Shown: piece after piece, positions 8,956 to 19,581 of the stretch
How the letters are laid out: each line of letters begins with the position of its first letter
Position numbering within the stretch: position 1 is the first letter of the stretch
Origin: a virus
Reading direction: 5' to 3' (one strand)
Length of the DNA stretch: 64,000 nt
Virus genome (UHGV): UHGV-0167591
Position numbers and translations under genes: made by a program
The notes under the pieces: model-generated
What the model saw: only the letters and a program-made list of their open reading frames with translations
What the model was told of the DNA's origin: nothing
Database searches by the model: none

Positions 8956-10440
8956 CTATTCATTAAGCCATGCCAGAGCTTCATCAACCTGTGCTTCGTC
9001 TTCGACGCTAAGCACCTCATCCTGGGGAACATAATCCGCCAGCATAGCGAAACAATACGTATCCCAATGGTCTGGTGAGTGCAGGTTGAACTTTTTCTTC
9101 ATGTCTTCCTTAGTCATCACCCTCCATTGACCTGCGGAGTTAATACCTACAGGTATTTTCGACGCCTCCTCAATGGTTGCATTCCCCTTATCCAGTCTCA
9201 TACGACCAGATTTTACGGCCTCTGCGGCTTGAACGTTCGCATACGCACGCTTATCGTAGTACAGGCTTTTATCTTCACGGCTATGCATCTTTTTACCCCA
9301 GCGTATACGCTGTACGGTAATTCCATAATGCTCGTACATCAGATCCGCCGTTGCTTTCCCCAGGCCATCGCCGTCAATAGCTATAGTGATATTAGGGAAT
9401 CGTTCCGGGTTACATTCTGCGAAAATCTTTGCGGCAAGCTGCGTTTCTGTAACGTCTGTGTATTCCAGCATACGATAGTTAATTACACGGCGTTTATTTC
9501 GCTGTCCGGAAACCATCATGATATTGATAACGGACTTATCCCGACCTGTGCCACCAGCAACGTCAACACATGCAACCCATCCCCATCCTTTGGCGATCTT
9601 GACCTTGCGCCGCGTCGCACGCTCAACCTCATCACGACCAAGAAGGAAGCCATCCTGTGATTTAGGGAATAGGCCGCGTACCTTGATCAGGTACATAGGG
9701 TTATCACGCCCGCCATACTCCGCAAGTTTTGCTCGTATAAATTTTGCGTCTACAAGCGGAGACTCTTCACTATTCAGTGTTATCGCAGTAAACAATCCAT
9801 CAGGATTTCCTGGGCGAATCGCCAGTCTGTGGTGTGAATCGTAGAAATATCCAGAAGGTCGCGTAGGCTGAGAAAGAAGAAGAATACGGTTATCCTTACC
9901 AGTCAGCGCCCCTGTTATCACACTGAATGCTTTATCGCTAACACCCGAAGCTTCGTCGATGATATACAGGAGATGATCGGCGTGTTCACCAGCCAACGCC
10001 TCCTCATTTCCCGGGCGACAGGACTTTATCAGTATTGTCCAAACACCCTTGCCGGTTATCTCAAAAAAAGACGTTTCTGTAAGAATGAAATACTTTGACA
10101 ACCAGGGGAATCGGCTAACCGCAGTAGCCCAATTGCTCTTTATGTATTTAAAAATACCATCAAGCACTTGCTGTCTTTTGTTTGCGACCAGAATGACGCG
10201 AGCACCAGGGAAAAATATGATAAAGAGAATTGCAATGATACTCGTCATATCCGACTTACCAGTACCATGACCAGAGGTCACACTTGTCCAGCTTCCATCC
10301 TGTTGCGTGGACTCAATTATCTCATCCTGCTGCCAGGTTGGCGTCTTCCCGAACAAAACATCGGCGGCCGCAATCCAGTCATAACGATATAGAGCCACCA
10401 GCTCCCGCCAGCGTGGATCCGTAACGCAACTTCTGGCCAT
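8956..10440 (-). CDS. pacB: PacB terminase large subunit, 494 aa
   Basis: 494 aa; terminase-like ATPase/nuclease features; directly downstream of pacA with start/stop overlap. Confidence 0.88.
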   Translation of the reverse strand: MARSCVTDPRWRELVALYRYDWIAAADVLFGKTPTWQQDEIIESTQQDGSWTSVTSGHGTGKSDMTSIIAILFIIFFPGARVILVANKRQQVLDGIFKYIKSNWATAVSRFPWLSKYFILTETSFFEITGKGVWTILIKSCRPGNEEALAGEHADHLLYIIDEASGVSDKAFSVITGALTGKDNRILLLSQPTRPSGYFYDSHHRLAIRPGNPDGLFTAITLNSEESPLVDAKFIRAKLAEYGGRDNPMYLIKVRGLFPKSQDGFLLGRDEVERATRRKVKIAKGWGWVACVDVAGGTGRDKSVINIMMVSGQRNKRRVINYRMLEYTDVTETQLAAKIFAECNPERFPNITIAIDGDGLGKATADLMYEHYGITVQRIRWGKKMHSREDKSLYYDKRAYANVQAAEAVKSGRMRLDKGNATIEEASKIPVGINSAGQWRVMTKEDMKKKFNLHSPDHWDTYCFAMLADYVPQDEVLSVEDEAQVDEALAWLNE

Positions 10441-11633
10441 TAATCATTATCCCCGTATAGCTTGCGGGTAACCTCTTCGTCTTCCTCCTCGTCTTCGTCA
10501 AGGTCTTGTTCCAGCCATGGATCGTTTGATACGCCTTCAGTATCAACATCGCCATAACCGCCTGTATCAACGATATCGGCGATTTCTTCCCTACGTTGTT
10601 CAATCCACAATGCAGCATCAGCGCGACGGTTAGCGGCCCGTTCTCGCGCGATTTTATCCAGATCTTCAAGCGATGGTGCGCCTGATGCTGTTTGGCTTTC
10701 CTCGTCATCTGCATTAGCTTTAGGAGCGCGCAGATCGGCTTTGATTTGCTCCAGCATCAGGGGTGGTACTTTCCCACCATGCGCCTCGATGAATTCGGCT
10801 GCTTCCAGCACTGACCAGTTGTTTTCGCGCTTTCGTTCGTATGCCAGCTTAACAATGCCTGCCTGCCCCATAGACAAAGCGTGCTTTTCCGCCTCCCGGC
10901 TTTCCTTTCGATAGTTATTCCGGATGCTGTAAATGGTGTTGATCAGGCTGCTTATCTGCGCGGAACAGCTGTTTAGCATGCTCGCGATACGGTATTCAGG
11001 CGGAGTCCCTTCATCATCGTCTTTTTGCTGATCGCGCATTTCCTGCACCAGGCGAATACACGTATCCCTGGCGTTTTCCAGCATAAGGAGATGAGAGAGT
11101 GACTTTTCCAGAAGAGTGGTTTCCAGAACGTCAGCCCCGGAACGACGCAACATTGCGCGCGCTGCCTTCCGCGCTTCAACGTTATCTATCAGGTAATCAC
11201 CTGCTTCGAATTCAAAGCGTTCCCCATCATCATCAAGGGTGTCGCGCTCCAGGCGATCACGTAAAGTCCGGTGGGCGCGGGTGATCACATCATGATCATC
11301 CGAACGATCCTTTATGCGCTTATTTTGGCGTTTCGCATTCTCGACAGCGGCACTGACAACAGCATTAACCCTCTGTTTTTCCACAATTTCAGCCACAATA
11401 TGATCACCAGCACGTTGATCATTAGCGTGATCAATGATCATGCTTTTCAGTGGCTTCCTGACCGGTTTATTTGGCTTGCGGCTGTCCGCTGTTCTGGTGT
11501 CTTCTTTGAAGGCACGGAGATAACGACGTGCGGTGTTTGGGTTGAGATTAAACTCGGCGGCATACTGTGCGATGGTGTAACCACCATCTCGCGCCAGGCG
11601 AGCAAAATTCTTCTTGTGATCGTCCCAGGTCAC
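10440..11633 (-). CDS. pacA: PacA terminase small/pac-recognition subunit, 397 aa
   Basis: 397 aa; contains the pac site with clustered TGATCA hexamers inside its coding sequence, as in P1. Confidence 0.9.
   Translation of the reverse strand: MTWDDHKKNFARLARDGGYTIAQYAAEFNLNPNTARRYLRAFKEDTRTADSRKPNKPVRKPLKSMIIDHANDQRAGDHIVAEIVEKQRVNAVVSAAVENAKRQNKRIKDRSDDHDVITRAHRTLRDRLERDTLDDDGERFEFEAGDYLIDNVEARKAARAMLRRSGADVLETTLLEKSLSHLLMLENARDTCIRLVQEMRDQQKDDDEGTPPEYRIASMLNSCSAQISSLINTIYSIRNNYRKESREAEKHALSMGQAGIVKLAYERKRENNWSVLEAAEFIEAHGGKVPPLMLEQIKADLRAPKANADDEESQTASGAPSLEDLDKIARERAANRRADAALWIEQRREEIADIVDTGGYGDVDTEGVSNDPWLEQDLDEDEEEDEEVTRKLYGDND
11282..11440. other. pac packaging site (Dam-methylatable TGATCA hexamer clusters)
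   Basis: Three GATC hexamers at 11282-11310 and four at 11401-11440 inside pacA, matching the 7-site P1 pac architecture. Confidence 0.85.
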
Positions 11634-11719
11634 TTATGCTTCCTTTCGTATAAAACTCTTTTTGACGCGAGGGTAACGAAAGTCACATGTCAAAAGACCC
11701 GGAACGGGTAAACAATCAA

Positions 11720-12172
11720 TCAGATACGTGCTGAAGCGGCATTACCGAACTGACGGTGCTGACGGGCAACCTTATTGAAAAGTTGACGTGCCATTACCCA
11801 AGGCTGGTGTTCTCGGCGTTCCTTTTCGTCCTGCGTCATATAGAGTTCATTCTGGAGTTTTTCATCAAACCGGCGCGGGGCACGGCTACGGCGAAAGAAT
11901 TCAGGGTTCAGAGAGTGGATCTGAAATCTACGCGGGCGCGTACTGTCATCAATCAGAACAGACGAATATTTAGACACTGCAATAGCCTTTAAGCGCAGAT
12001 AGACATCGCGCTTATCGACATCAAGATGCGGGTATTCCTTTTCAAGGATTGCTGCGAGTTCTTTCGCTGATAGAAAAGACTTAGTGCGGATCATGTAATC
12101 CGCGATCTCATACGATGTTATTCGTGAGTGGTTTATTTCCATGAATTGGCGTCCCTGCCAGCTAAGTAACAT
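11720..12172 (-). CDS. lpa: Lpa late promoter activator (gp10-like), 150 aa
   Basis: 150 aa basic protein directly upstream of pacA; C1 operator in its upstream region; SD AGGTGA. Confidence 0.75.
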   Translation of the reverse strand: MLLSWQGRQFMEINHSRITSYEIADYMIRTKSFLSAKELAAILEKEYPHLDVDKRDVYLRLKAIAVSKYSSVLIDDSTRPRRFQIHSLNPEFFRRSRAPRRFDEKLQNELYMTQDEKERREHQPWVMARQLFNKVARQHRQFGNAASARI

Positions 12173-12242
12173 CCTGTCACCTACTGATTAGCCCATGTCA
12201 ACTAATCAACGATGGATATAATACTCTCGATTAAATAAATAG

Positions 12243-12259
12243 CAATACATTAGAGCAAT
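12243..12259. promoter_or_regulatory. C1 operator upstream of lpa
   Basis: 14/17 match to operator consensus (CATTAGAGCAAT core). Confidence 0.55.
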
Positions 12260-12260
12260 T

Positions 12261-13304
12261 TTATCTAACGATTGACGAGTGACTTGTGATAGCGCCTACT
12301 CCGAGCGCGTAATCAAAGAACAATCGTTGATGCATCGCCAGCCTACCGTGCTTACTCTCCCAATCATCGCGGTCACGCTCAATATCACGCTGGCATGACT
12401 GACATAGCGGAATCGCGTAAATGTCATGCGCGCATAATCGACTATGACGAACGATATAGGGCGTAATGTGAGCACCATCCCCCGCAGCTCCACAAGCACA
12501 ACATGGACGAGAAGCAACAAAGTCCATGTATTCGGGCAATTTTAGCGATTGCAGTTTTGGTATTTTGAAATGCGCCATACCTGGATCGGGGTCAACATCC
12601 ACAGGACATACTTTTGCACGCATCGGCGCGGCGCGTTCTTCCATCATCTGAACATATGCTGTAGCTCGATCGTCATACGGGCGAATATCCGCCTCTTTCA
12701 GAGGTCCGCTATCCTGCGGTGCAGCCTTCATCTTATTTATTGATATGCGGCAGACTTCTTCCGGCATCAGGTGCATCATGTTGCGTATGAAAGCCCACCA
12801 GCACAGCTCCTGAATACTTAAATCATGCCCATCTGAAAGGCCCATTTCCTGACGGGCTACATCCAGTATCCAGTTAACGCGATTATTATGCAGCGTTTCT
12901 GTCAGCTCATTAAAACCACGCATCCGGTAATGGTTATCGTGATGCCAGCACAACAACACCGCGCTATTGTCTCGTTCAGCGTGGACAATATGGTTGTCAC
13001 ACCAACTACGATCTGCGGCCTGGCATTGCCCCTCTTTCCTACGCAACCACGCCACCAGCGCGTCAATTCCACCAAGACGACGAAACAGTTCATCGCTGTT
13101 AAAAAACGGCTGCAATGCTTCGTTTGTTGCCATGGATTGCTCGGTAACAACGAGGCCATCTTCCATGTGCTCGATTAACTCGCGCGGCACCGGCTCCATA
13201 ATAAATTTACGGCCAGCCTCCACCAGCTTTCTGACCTCCTGATCCACTTTGAACGTGGCGAGGCCAAGCTCTTTCTGAACAAAGGGAGTAATTACGGCTT
13301 TCAC
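12261..13304 (-). CDS. Hypothetical protein, 347 aa, Cys-rich C-terminus (position of P1 pdcB)
   Basis: ORF between doc-side genes and lpa; C-terminal CCACG..C..CQSC cluster suggests zinc binding. Confidence 0.6.
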   Translation of the reverse strand: MKAVITPFVQKELGLATFKVDQEVRKLVEAGRKFIMEPVPRELIEHMEDGLVVTEQSMATNEALQPFFNSDELFRRLGGIDALVAWLRRKEGQCQAADRSWCDNHIVHAERDNSAVLLCWHHDNHYRMRGFNELTETLHNNRVNWILDVARQEMGLSDGHDLSIQELCWWAFIRNMMHLMPEEVCRISINKMKAAPQDSGPLKEADIRPYDDRATAYVQMMEERAAPMRAKVCPVDVDPDPGMAHFKIPKLQSLKLPEYMDFVASRPCCACGAAGDGAHITPYIVRHSRLCAHDIYAIPLCQSCQRDIERDRDDWESKHGRLAMHQRLFFDYALGVGAITSHSSIVR

Positions 13305-13331
13305 ATCACACCTTTCATCACTGATTGGGCT

Positions 13332-13532
13332 TTATCTGCTGCCCGGCATTCTCTGTTTAAGCACAACCATTTCCTGACGGCATAACACAGCAATAGCGGT
13401 CCTGACTCCAATTTGCTTACCAACCAGGTATTGCTTTACCTTGCGGCGACTCACGCCATCAAGAAGCATCTTTAACGCTTCACGGGACAATTTGTTGTAT
13501 TTGCGTGCCATTAATCTACTCCGCAGAACCAT
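13332..13532 (-). CDS. Small hypothetical protein, 66 aa (position of P1 pdcA)
   Basis: Short ORF overlapping the doc 3' end by 17 bp; coding status uncertain. Confidence 0.35.
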   Translation of the reverse strand: MVLRSRLMARKYNKLSREALKMLLDGVSRRKVKQYLVGKQIGVRTAIAVLCRQEMVVLKQRMPGSR

Positions 13533-13896
13533 ACAATCTACGTAACGTGTCGGCGACAGAAGATACAGATATCTCGCCAGTCGCAGCGCCTACAGTAAGG
13601 TCTGCCAGTTCAGGTGAATCAAATACCTGCACCCCGTTACGGCGTAGAAATAGCAGCGCACTGTTTAGCGCGGTACGCTTATTGGCATCATTGAATATAT
13701 GCCCTCTCGCAGTAGCCACCAGGTAGGTGGCGGAGACTTCGAAAAGGTCGGTGATCTCTTCGTAGGCAACTCTGGCCTGAACTCTCCCGATAATGGCCTC
13801 TGCCCTACCCGGATCTGACATTCCCGGCAGGCCGCCGTAGCGGTTTATATTCGCATCATGAAGCGCAATAAGTTCTTCCGGTGATATATGCCTCAT
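13516..13896 (-). CDS. doc: Doc toxin (death on curing), 126 aa
   Basis: 126 aa, begins [22 protein letters not shown], Fic-family motif region; start overlaps phd stop. Confidence 0.95.
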   Translation of the reverse strand: MRHISPEELIALHDANINRYGGLPGMSDPGRAEAIIGRVQARVAYEEITDLFEVSATYLVATARGHIFNDANKRTALNSALLFLRRNGVQVFDSPELADLTVGAATGEISVSSVADTLRRLYGSAE

Positions 13897-14117
13897 TATC
13901 GGTTAACCAGTTCCTTGTTGGTGGAGTCCAGGGTGTCAAACAGGGATGCAAATTCAGCATCCAGCGCCGCTTTTTTGTAGGCTTCGAAAGTAGCCTTGCT
14001 GACAATTACTGCTGGCTCACGGCCTCTGCGGGTGATTTCAACCTCTTCCCCGGCTTCAACATTGTTGAGCACTTCAGAAAGGTTGCCGCGCGCGGTACGG
14101 AAGTTAATGGATTGCAT
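13896..14117 (-). CDS. phd: Phd antitoxin (prevent host death), 73 aa
   Basis: 73 aa from ATG at 14117 ([16 protein letters not shown]...); overlaps doc start by 1 nt. Confidence 0.95.
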   Translation of the reverse strand: MQSINFRTARGNLSEVLNNVEAGEEVEITRRGREPAVIVSKATFEAYKKAALDAEFASLFDTLDSTNKELVNR

Positions 14118-14189
14118 AAACACCTCGTGTACTCGTTATGTGTACACAATTATAAACCTCACAGGCATAAAGCACCAGCCCTTTGCAGC

Positions 14190-14579
14190 TTAAATAACCG
14201 GACAATCATCAAACTCCCCACTTCGGGCATCATTGATGACATGAGTGATCACACCAAAAACAGCATTACTGCCCGTGCATCCATCGTCATCTACTGGTAA
14301 CGCCTCTTTCTTCCCGGTGCTTAAATCCTCCAGGTGCTGGCGCGGATACTTCCTGTATCTCTTTATGCGATATTCACCCTCCATAGCGCACACAAGCAGA
14401 GAACCATCAACCGGAGTAAGCGAGGAATCAACCACCAGCAAAGCACCCTGCAATATTCCCTCACGGTGATGGCTATCAGCTGCCCGCATGAAGTAGGTTG
14501 CTGATGGATGCCTGATTAGTTGCTGATCAAGAGAAATACGGCTCTCTGCATAATCCGCCGCAGGAGAAGGGAAGCCCAT
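14190..14579 (-). CDS. humD: HumD, UmuD'-like SOS mutagenesis protein, 129 aa
   Basis: S24 peptidase-like C-terminal domain lacking the UmuD N-terminal arm; LexA box directly upstream. Confidence 0.85.
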   Translation of the reverse strand: MGFPSPAADYAESRISLDQQLIRHPSATYFMRAADSHHREGILQGALLVVDSSLTPVDGSLLVCAMEGEYRIKRYRKYPRQHLEDLSTGKKEALPVDDDGCTGSNAVFGVITHVINDARSGEFDDCPVI

Positions 14580-14597
14580 AGCGTTTTACCTCAACAA

Positions 14598-14617
14598 TAC
14601 TGTTTATTCATACAGTA
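14598..14617. promoter_or_regulatory. LexA (SOS) box upstream of humD
   Basis: TACTGTTTATTCATACAGTA: perfect CTGT-N8-ACAG palindrome about 20 bp upstream of the humD start. Confidence 0.85.
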
Positions 14618-14678
14618 TACATTGAAAAGGCATAGTTTGTGAAAGCGGGGTTTGTACGCGCGCCACGCTGGGGGCTAA

Positions 14679-15029
14679 TCACATTGGTGGCGTGAACTTG
14701 CCATTCATATATTGCAAAATGCTTGACTCGATTTTTTCATTAAAATCAGAATGATACTCCTCAAGGACAAAGCGCGCCTTATTGTTGCGCACAATAACCT
14801 CCGCCAACGGCTTAACCAGAGATGTGGAGTTAGAGATTTTCTCGGCGCGCTCTACATCGCTTTTAAACGTTACGATGAAGTGCTGGTGGCCTGGTGACCG
14901 GCGACACAACATGCGTCGCACTTCCACGGTATCTTCACGGCCTTGAGTATGTACAGGAAAGCTATCGACCACCGCTGTATTGGTGCGGATTGTCTGCATA
15001 GAACGCGTGTTGTCGTGATAGTTAAGCAT
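14679..15029 (-). CDS. Hypothetical protein, 116 aa (position of P1 lxr); paralogue of 15337-15693
   Basis: ORF between hot and humD; shares QTIR...VV.S.P and F(I/L)xTxKS motifs with the divergent ORF at 15337. Confidence 0.6.
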   Translation of the reverse strand: MLNYHDNTRSMQTIRTNTAVVDSFPVHTQGREDTVEVRRMLCRRSPGHQHFIVTFKSDVERAEKISNSTSLVKPLAEVIVRNNKARFVLEEYHSDFNEKIESSILQYMNGKFTPPM

Positions 15030-15053
15030 GTTTAAGTCTCCCCCATCTTGCCG

Positions 15054-15305
15054 TTATTTTTTTTGCGCATCCTCGTTCTGATACACCGGATCGCTCCCTT
15101 TTGGCAACTGGAGGCTTAACTGCCGGTAGTGCCGTAGCCGTTCCATGAAATAGGCGCGCAGGTTTTCCGGTTGCTCACGGGCCACCTGCTCTGCAATCAC
15201 AGGTATATTCAGCCGTTCTTTGTAAGCAACGCCGCTGGCGGCAAGGTCTACGTTCACCTTGTCTCGCTCTTCCTGGCTTTTATCTGCTATATTTCGATCT
15301 GACAT
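15054..15305 (-). CDS. hot: Hot, homologue of DNA polymerase III theta subunit (HolE), 83 aa
   Basis: Motifs [33 protein letters not shown] closely resemble E. coli HolE. Confidence 0.88.
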   Translation of the reverse strand: MSDRNIADKSQEERDKVNVDLAASGVAYKERLNIPVIAEQVAREQPENLRAYFMERLRHYRQLSLQLPKGSDPVYQNEDAQKK

Positions 15306-15336
15306 AAGAACCTCCCGGAGTTAGTGGATCAGGCAC

Positions 15337-15693
15337 ATGCACAATAACGTTCTCAATGTTAGCCGTTCAATTCAGACAATCAGAGACTGCACCAGTGTGG
15401 TGGCATCAATCCCATTGCGAAATAGCATAGACGAACTGCAAATTCGTGTATTGAACCTGAATCATGCCAATGCAATTAAGCAATTGCGCTTTATTTTGAC
15501 GCTTAAAAGTGAAGCAGAGGGGGTAAAGCACAGCGTAAAAGTGTTTTCTGAGGCCATTCTGCTTAATGGGAAGCTCCGGCATCTGGTAAGGCCAGAACGT
15601 CAATATCCTGACGTCCTGGCTCGTGAAAAATACCTTCTTTCCGAAGTTCAAGATAAGGTGATCGATTTCGTTAAATCTCATCCCCTGCATTGA
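15337..15693 (+). CDS. Hypothetical protein, 118 aa, paralogue of the lxr-position protein
   Basis: Divergently placed 31 bp from the hot start; shares N-terminal motifs with the 14679-15029 product. Confidence 0.5.
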   Translation: MHNNVLNVSRSIQTIRDCTSVVASIPLRNSIDELQIRVLNLNHANAIKQLRFILTLKSEAEGVKHSVKVFSEAILLNGKLRHLVRPERQYPDVLAREKYLLSEVQDKVIDFVKSHPLH

Positions 15694-15732
15694 GAGCAGG
15701 TGTTCCTCTTTGAAACAAAGATGCCACCAGCA

Positions 15733-15999
15733 TTATGGTTCGCATTTCCAAATGGTGTTCTGAACGCCCGTGCCGGGCGCGAGATGTGGATTAGCGTTCG
15801 CGCTATGCTGATATACGGCTTTAGACTTTCCATATTGCTGACAGGCTTTATCTGCGGTTTTTTGCAGACTATCCAGCCCATACCAGCCATCTGACTGGAT
15901 GCTTACCTTTTCACCGTCGTTGTATTGCACCATTGCACACCCAGACATAGCCAAGATCGCGCCGACAATAACGCTTTTCCATAAAACTCTATGCAACAT
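15733..15999 (-). CDS. Putative lipoprotein, about 88 aa
   Basis: Signal peptide with lipobox LAMSGC near the N-terminus; start placed at the third Met of the ORF. Confidence 0.5.
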   Translation of the reverse strand: MLHRVLWKSVIVGAILAMSGCAMVQYNDGEKVSIQSDGWYGLDSLQKTADKACQQYGKSKAVYQHSANANPHLAPGTGVQNTIWKCEP

Positions 16000-16108
16000 A
16001 TACAAAAATCCCCTCTGTGAATTGAGGGGATTTTAGCATGGTGATCAGATATCAGCTTTATTCAGAATTTTACCCACCAGCTATGTGATTTTTTCTGACA
16101 GGTCATCT

Positions 16109-16915
16109 TTAATACTTGCACTTATGACATGCGAATCTCCACTGTTCATGGTCAAAGCACCAGAATACTTCCCTGGGCAGATTGTGTTTTTTCATTTGCG
16201 CCAGCACGTGCGTTGGCGTATTTGCGGGGATTTCTGGTAGCAAAGCCTTAGCCATTTCATGAATTAACATAGCATCTATTACCCCAAGCGTATGCCCCGC
16301 CTTAATCTTTAATGCGGTTTCAAGATGGCCCCTTTCCAGAGTTGTACTCACTCTTGGCTTCGGCGCTTGTGGATGGGTATCCAGACGGTTGCCAGATTCA
16401 TAGGCTACCCGCAGCCAGTGCATGAATGTTTCCGTAGACACACAACCGCAGTCCTGGTCGATTTTTTCGTGTTGCTGCCCCAGCCACTGCTCAAAATTTA
16501 ACTTGTTGGATGCTTCTAGAGCCTCTTCGTATTGTTTGCGCGAAATTATTTCCGTGTATTCCTCACGATCAAGGTTACTTATCGGGAGTCTGACCTCAAG
16601 GCAAAAATGGCGTCCTCGCAGGCTTTTTGCCGGGTCAGAGCCAAAAGCAAAGAGGCCATATGATGGTTCATACTCGTCCTCTCTAACCATGCGACAATCG
16701 AGCACATCATCAGGCCACCCTCCACGCTTTGGCAGCTCCTGCACCAATAAGTCAATCAGCTTTATTGTTTCACCATCCTTGCAGGTTGCTAACGCTATTT
16801 TGGCAAGCTCCAACACCTCATCTGCCGTATATCCAGCACCGTGACCATACATTTCTATTCGTGCGATAATGTCCAATAAACGAGTTTTAGTTATCCTCAT
16901 ATCGCTCACCATCAT
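16109..16915 (-). CDS. Hypothetical protein, about 268 aa
   Basis: ORF; start placed at internal ATG overlapping the upstream gene stop (translational coupling). Confidence 0.55.
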   Translation of the reverse strand: MMVSDMRITKTRLLDIIARIEMYGHGAGYTADEVLELAKIALATCKDGETIKLIDLLVQELPKRGGWPDDVLDCRMVREDEYEPSYGLFAFGSDPAKSLRGRHFCLEVRLPISNLDREEYTEIISRKQYEEALEASNKLNFEQWLGQQHEKIDQDCGCVSTETFMHWLRVAYESGNRLDTHPQAPKPRVSTTLERGHLETALKIKAGHTLGVIDAMLIHEMAKALLPEIPANTPTHVLAQMKKHNLPREVFWCFDHEQWRFACHKCKY

Positions 16916-17220
16916 AGATACACAAAAACCAAAACCCAAAGGCAGGCGACAGTAGGGACGGTAAAATCCTGCAAGCTCGCCATATCCCATACGCGTGGAT
17001 CGAAACCGCCCCACCAGGGCATATTGCTGCGCTTACCGTTCCCGAACTTGTTTATCCATCGGTATTCAGCCTGGGTGTGTTCACGCGCAATAAAGAACGT
17101 GATCCCTGCTATCGCTCCATAAATCCAGTTGCCAGTTAATGTGCCCATAAGCACCTGAGCTAAAACGGCACAAGCCGCATGTAATAATGGGGTAATATCA
17201 AAGGACTTATTATTTTTCAT
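16912..17220 (-). CDS. Putative membrane protein, 102 aa
   Basis: Two hydrophobic segments; part of a co-oriented gene string. Confidence 0.5.
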   Translation of the reverse strand: MKNNKSFDITPLLHAACAVLAQVLMGTLTGNWIYGAIAGITFFIAREHTQAEYRWINKFGNGKRSNMPWWGGFDPRVWDMASLQDFTVPTVACLWVLVFVYL

Positions 17221-17596
17221 TGCGTGACATCCTCTTCCATTTCTTTTCGCATTCCTTAGTCCAATTTTTAATGTTCATTTTGGCAATGTCAGTCATTCCA
17301 TCGCCTAAGAAATACTTTTTCCGGTATGTCTTACACTTAAACCACACTACAATAGCCACCAACCAGAAAATAAAAGGCCATACAGCAATGCCAACGACAG
17401 CCGCGATAAAGCCCAATAGCCATAAATGAAGCTCTCCTACTTCTGTTTCAGGCAATATCTTTAAAGAGTTAAACAGCAGACTGAACGAATGGTCGTATGC
17501 AGTGGCGGTATAAGACATGCAATCCATATAATTAAAATCATAGCCTGCGGCTGCCGCCCATAATGGGCGGTCAAGAAAATGTTTGAATGTCATCAT
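17210..17596 (-). CDS. Putative membrane protein, 128 aa
   Basis: Hydrophobic central region (LWLLGFIAAVVGIAVWPFIFWLVAIVVWF). Confidence 0.5.
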   Translation of the reverse strand: MMTFKHFLDRPLWAAAAGYDFNYMDCMSYTATAYDHSFSLLFNSLKILPETEVGELHLWLLGFIAAVVGIAVWPFIFWLVAIVVWFKCKTYRKKYFLGDGMTDIAKMNIKNWTKECEKKWKRMSRNEK

Positions 17597-17602
17597 ATGA
17601 AT

Positions 17603-17992
17603 TTAAGGTTCAGACCAGTTATCTTCAATAACAATACTTAATCTCTGTAGCCATTCTGCTAATTTCAGCATTGCTTCTCTTTCGCTTAACCCGCGCGGGA
17701 AATCATCAAGCGATATTGTTGGCTTGAAGTTCCCGAAATTATCCATTTCAACGGTCAGATTTTGCTCCAGCACGGTATTCCTTGCGCGACTATTGTGCCG
17801 AAGCAAATATACTGAATGTGATTCATTGGTTTTGTGGTCGAACGTATATTCGGTAAGTATCATCTGGCTTTTGCCATGACTATTACCTCTCCACATACTT
17901 ACCTCACTTAATAAAACAACTCCATGCGTAGTTGATGATTTTTTCCCACGCAATATAAATCTGCACTCCGGCAGTAAAACCAAAGCCAACAA
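17603..17992 (-). CDS. Hypothetical protein, 129 aa
   Basis: ORF in co-oriented string; no motif recognised. Confidence 0.45.
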   Translation of the reverse strand: MLALVLLPECRFILRGKKSSTTHGVVLLSEVSMWRGNSHGKSQMILTEYTFDHKTNESHSVYLLRHNSRARNTVLEQNLTVEMDNFGNFKPTISLDDFPRGLSEREAMLKLAEWLQRLSIVIEDNWSEP

Positions 17993-18074
17993 TTGCTGAA
18001 AAAATCAAAATATTTACTTTTGACATTATAAAATTTCTCTCGGTGCAGTAGGTGATAGCACCATAATTGATAAT

Positions 18075-18326
18075 TTAGTGAGTTAGCAGTTCCATTTTTT
18101 TGATGATTTCCGCATGAGCATCATCGTTATCAACACTTAGCTCGTTTAATGCTTCTCGCACTACATCAACCTCTTCAGGCTGAAGGAAGTCGTCGCGGTA
18201 ATCACCAAATAGAACCGAAACCAGCCTGCCACCAGCAACATCAAGATTGGCGCTAACAGGTGGCTCTTTGCCATCCTCAAATTCGACTACAAAAGTTAAT
18301 TTTCCCATCGTTACCCCCTGCGACAA
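18075..18326 (-). CDS. Hypothetical acidic protein, 83 aa
   Basis: ORF only. Confidence 0.45.
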   Translation of the reverse strand: MSQGVTMGKLTFVVEFEDGKEPPVSANLDVAGGRLVSVLFGDYRDDFLQPEEVDVVREALNELSVDNDDAHAEIIKKMELLTH

Positions 18327-18390
18327 ATTGAATACACAACCAGTGCTACCGCCATTGCAATTCCGACCGTGGTGAATGCCTCAGGCCAGC

Positions 18391-19068
18391 TCATTGATCG
18401 ACCTCCTGCGGCGGTTCTGGTAGCGGCATCCAGTGAGTTACGTCATCCAAGATATTTCCTGATAAATACGTGAAAGCTCTATATTTTTTGTAATCAATTG
18501 GATTTACAACCCAGTTCCAATATGCGGCCACGATTTCACCTTGACTAAATGCCAGTAACATTTTGGTGTCTTCCGGCATTCGATCACTACAGCTTATCCA
18601 ACCATCCGGAGTTACCGGAGAGTTGCCAGATAGCTCGTTCAACTTGTAAGTTTGGCTTACAGGTTCGGCACCATGAAGCATGGCAGCACGGCAGGCGTTC
18701 CAGCCAGCTGTTCGCCCAAGCGAGTAAACTTCAGATGGCTCAAGATAATCAATGTCATGCCCGTCCTCATCGTCGTTCTCAGGTAATGCAGCAGGTACTA
18801 CTGGCACTGGAGGGGCAGCATAAACAGGAATAACGTCCGCTTGCTCTTTATTGCTTTCATCCGTTAAAGCCCAGAATAATTTCCCGGCCGGATGTTTGAA
18901 AATATAAGCAACTGGTTCTGCGCTATCAGCTTCGCGCCGCTTCTGTAGCTCTGCTGCCATTGCTCTCACGACTTCAACTGGTGCCCTTGCAGCAAACTCT
19001 ATGTTGGTGATCAGCTCATTAAGATATTGCTCGCTGGGATACTGTTTCTTATTGGTAATAGTGGTCAT
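18391..19068 (-). CDS. Hypothetical protein, 225 aa
   Basis: ORF; stop overlaps the next gene start. Confidence 0.55.
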   Translation of the reverse strand: MTTITNKKQYPSEQYLNELITNIEFAARAPVEVVRAMAAELQKRREADSAEPVAYIFKHPAGKLFWALTDESNKEQADVIPVYAAPPVPVVPAALPENDDEDGHDIDYLEPSEVYSLGRTAGWNACRAAMLHGAEPVSQTYKLNELSGNSPVTPDGWISCSDRMPEDTKMLLAFSQGEIVAAYWNWVVNPIDYKKYRAFTYLSGNILDDVTHWMPLPEPPQEVDQ

Positions 19069-19580
19069 GCCGCGTTTCCTTCTTTCTTATTAACAATTAC
19101 ACCGTCATATATTTCATTAAGGTGCCCTCTCAACTCCATGCGCCTTAATGCAGATAACATGTAATCGCATTCAACCTGCTTATTTCCAGTAAATGGCTTA
19201 TCGTCAGGATTACCCCAACAGCAATTACCCTTGGGCCACCCATGTACTTTCCGTACTCTTCCGTTAACAACGTGAAGTAATCCCCAGCCAGGTGGTAAAT
19301 CCTCGATTGAAATAATTCCAGGCTCACTAATAAAGAATCGCCAGTCGCCCATTCCAAGAGACGGATTTTTACGGAAACGCTTTTTTCTATCTGCCAACAA
19401 GTCAGCACGAGAACACTTCGCCTCTATCAGGCATGATGCTGAATTTCTGAATCCCATAGCATCTGGCTGTTCTCCGGTACTGGTTACAGCTATAAAGCGG
19501 TCATGAAAACAAACCTTGAACCCGTTGCGCTTAAGGAACTTGTACGCAATCTGACAGAGTTCGCGGTGTGTTAACGCCAT
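19065..19580 (-). CDS. Putative PD-(D/E)xK-type nuclease, about 171 aa
   Basis: Motif QPD...LIEAKC consistent with PD-(D/E)xK; start placed at ATG 1 nt after the upstream stop. Confidence 0.5.
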   Translation of the reverse strand: MALTHRELCQIAYKFLKRNGFKVCFHDRFIAVTSTGEQPDAMGFRNSASCLIEAKCSRADLLADRKKRFRKNPSLGMGDWRFFISEPGIISIEDLPPGWGLLHVVNGRVRKVHGWPKGNCCWGNPDDKPFTGNKQVECDYMLSALRRMELRGHLNEIYDGVIVNKKEGNAA

Positions 19581-19581
19581 A

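Noticed and set aside
9079-9660. 193 aa plus-strand ORF
   Set aside because: Antisense within pacB; no SD; shadow ORF.
11282-11440. Short tandem hexamer repeats
   Set aside because: TGATCA clusters are the pac site, not a CRISPR or satellite repeat.
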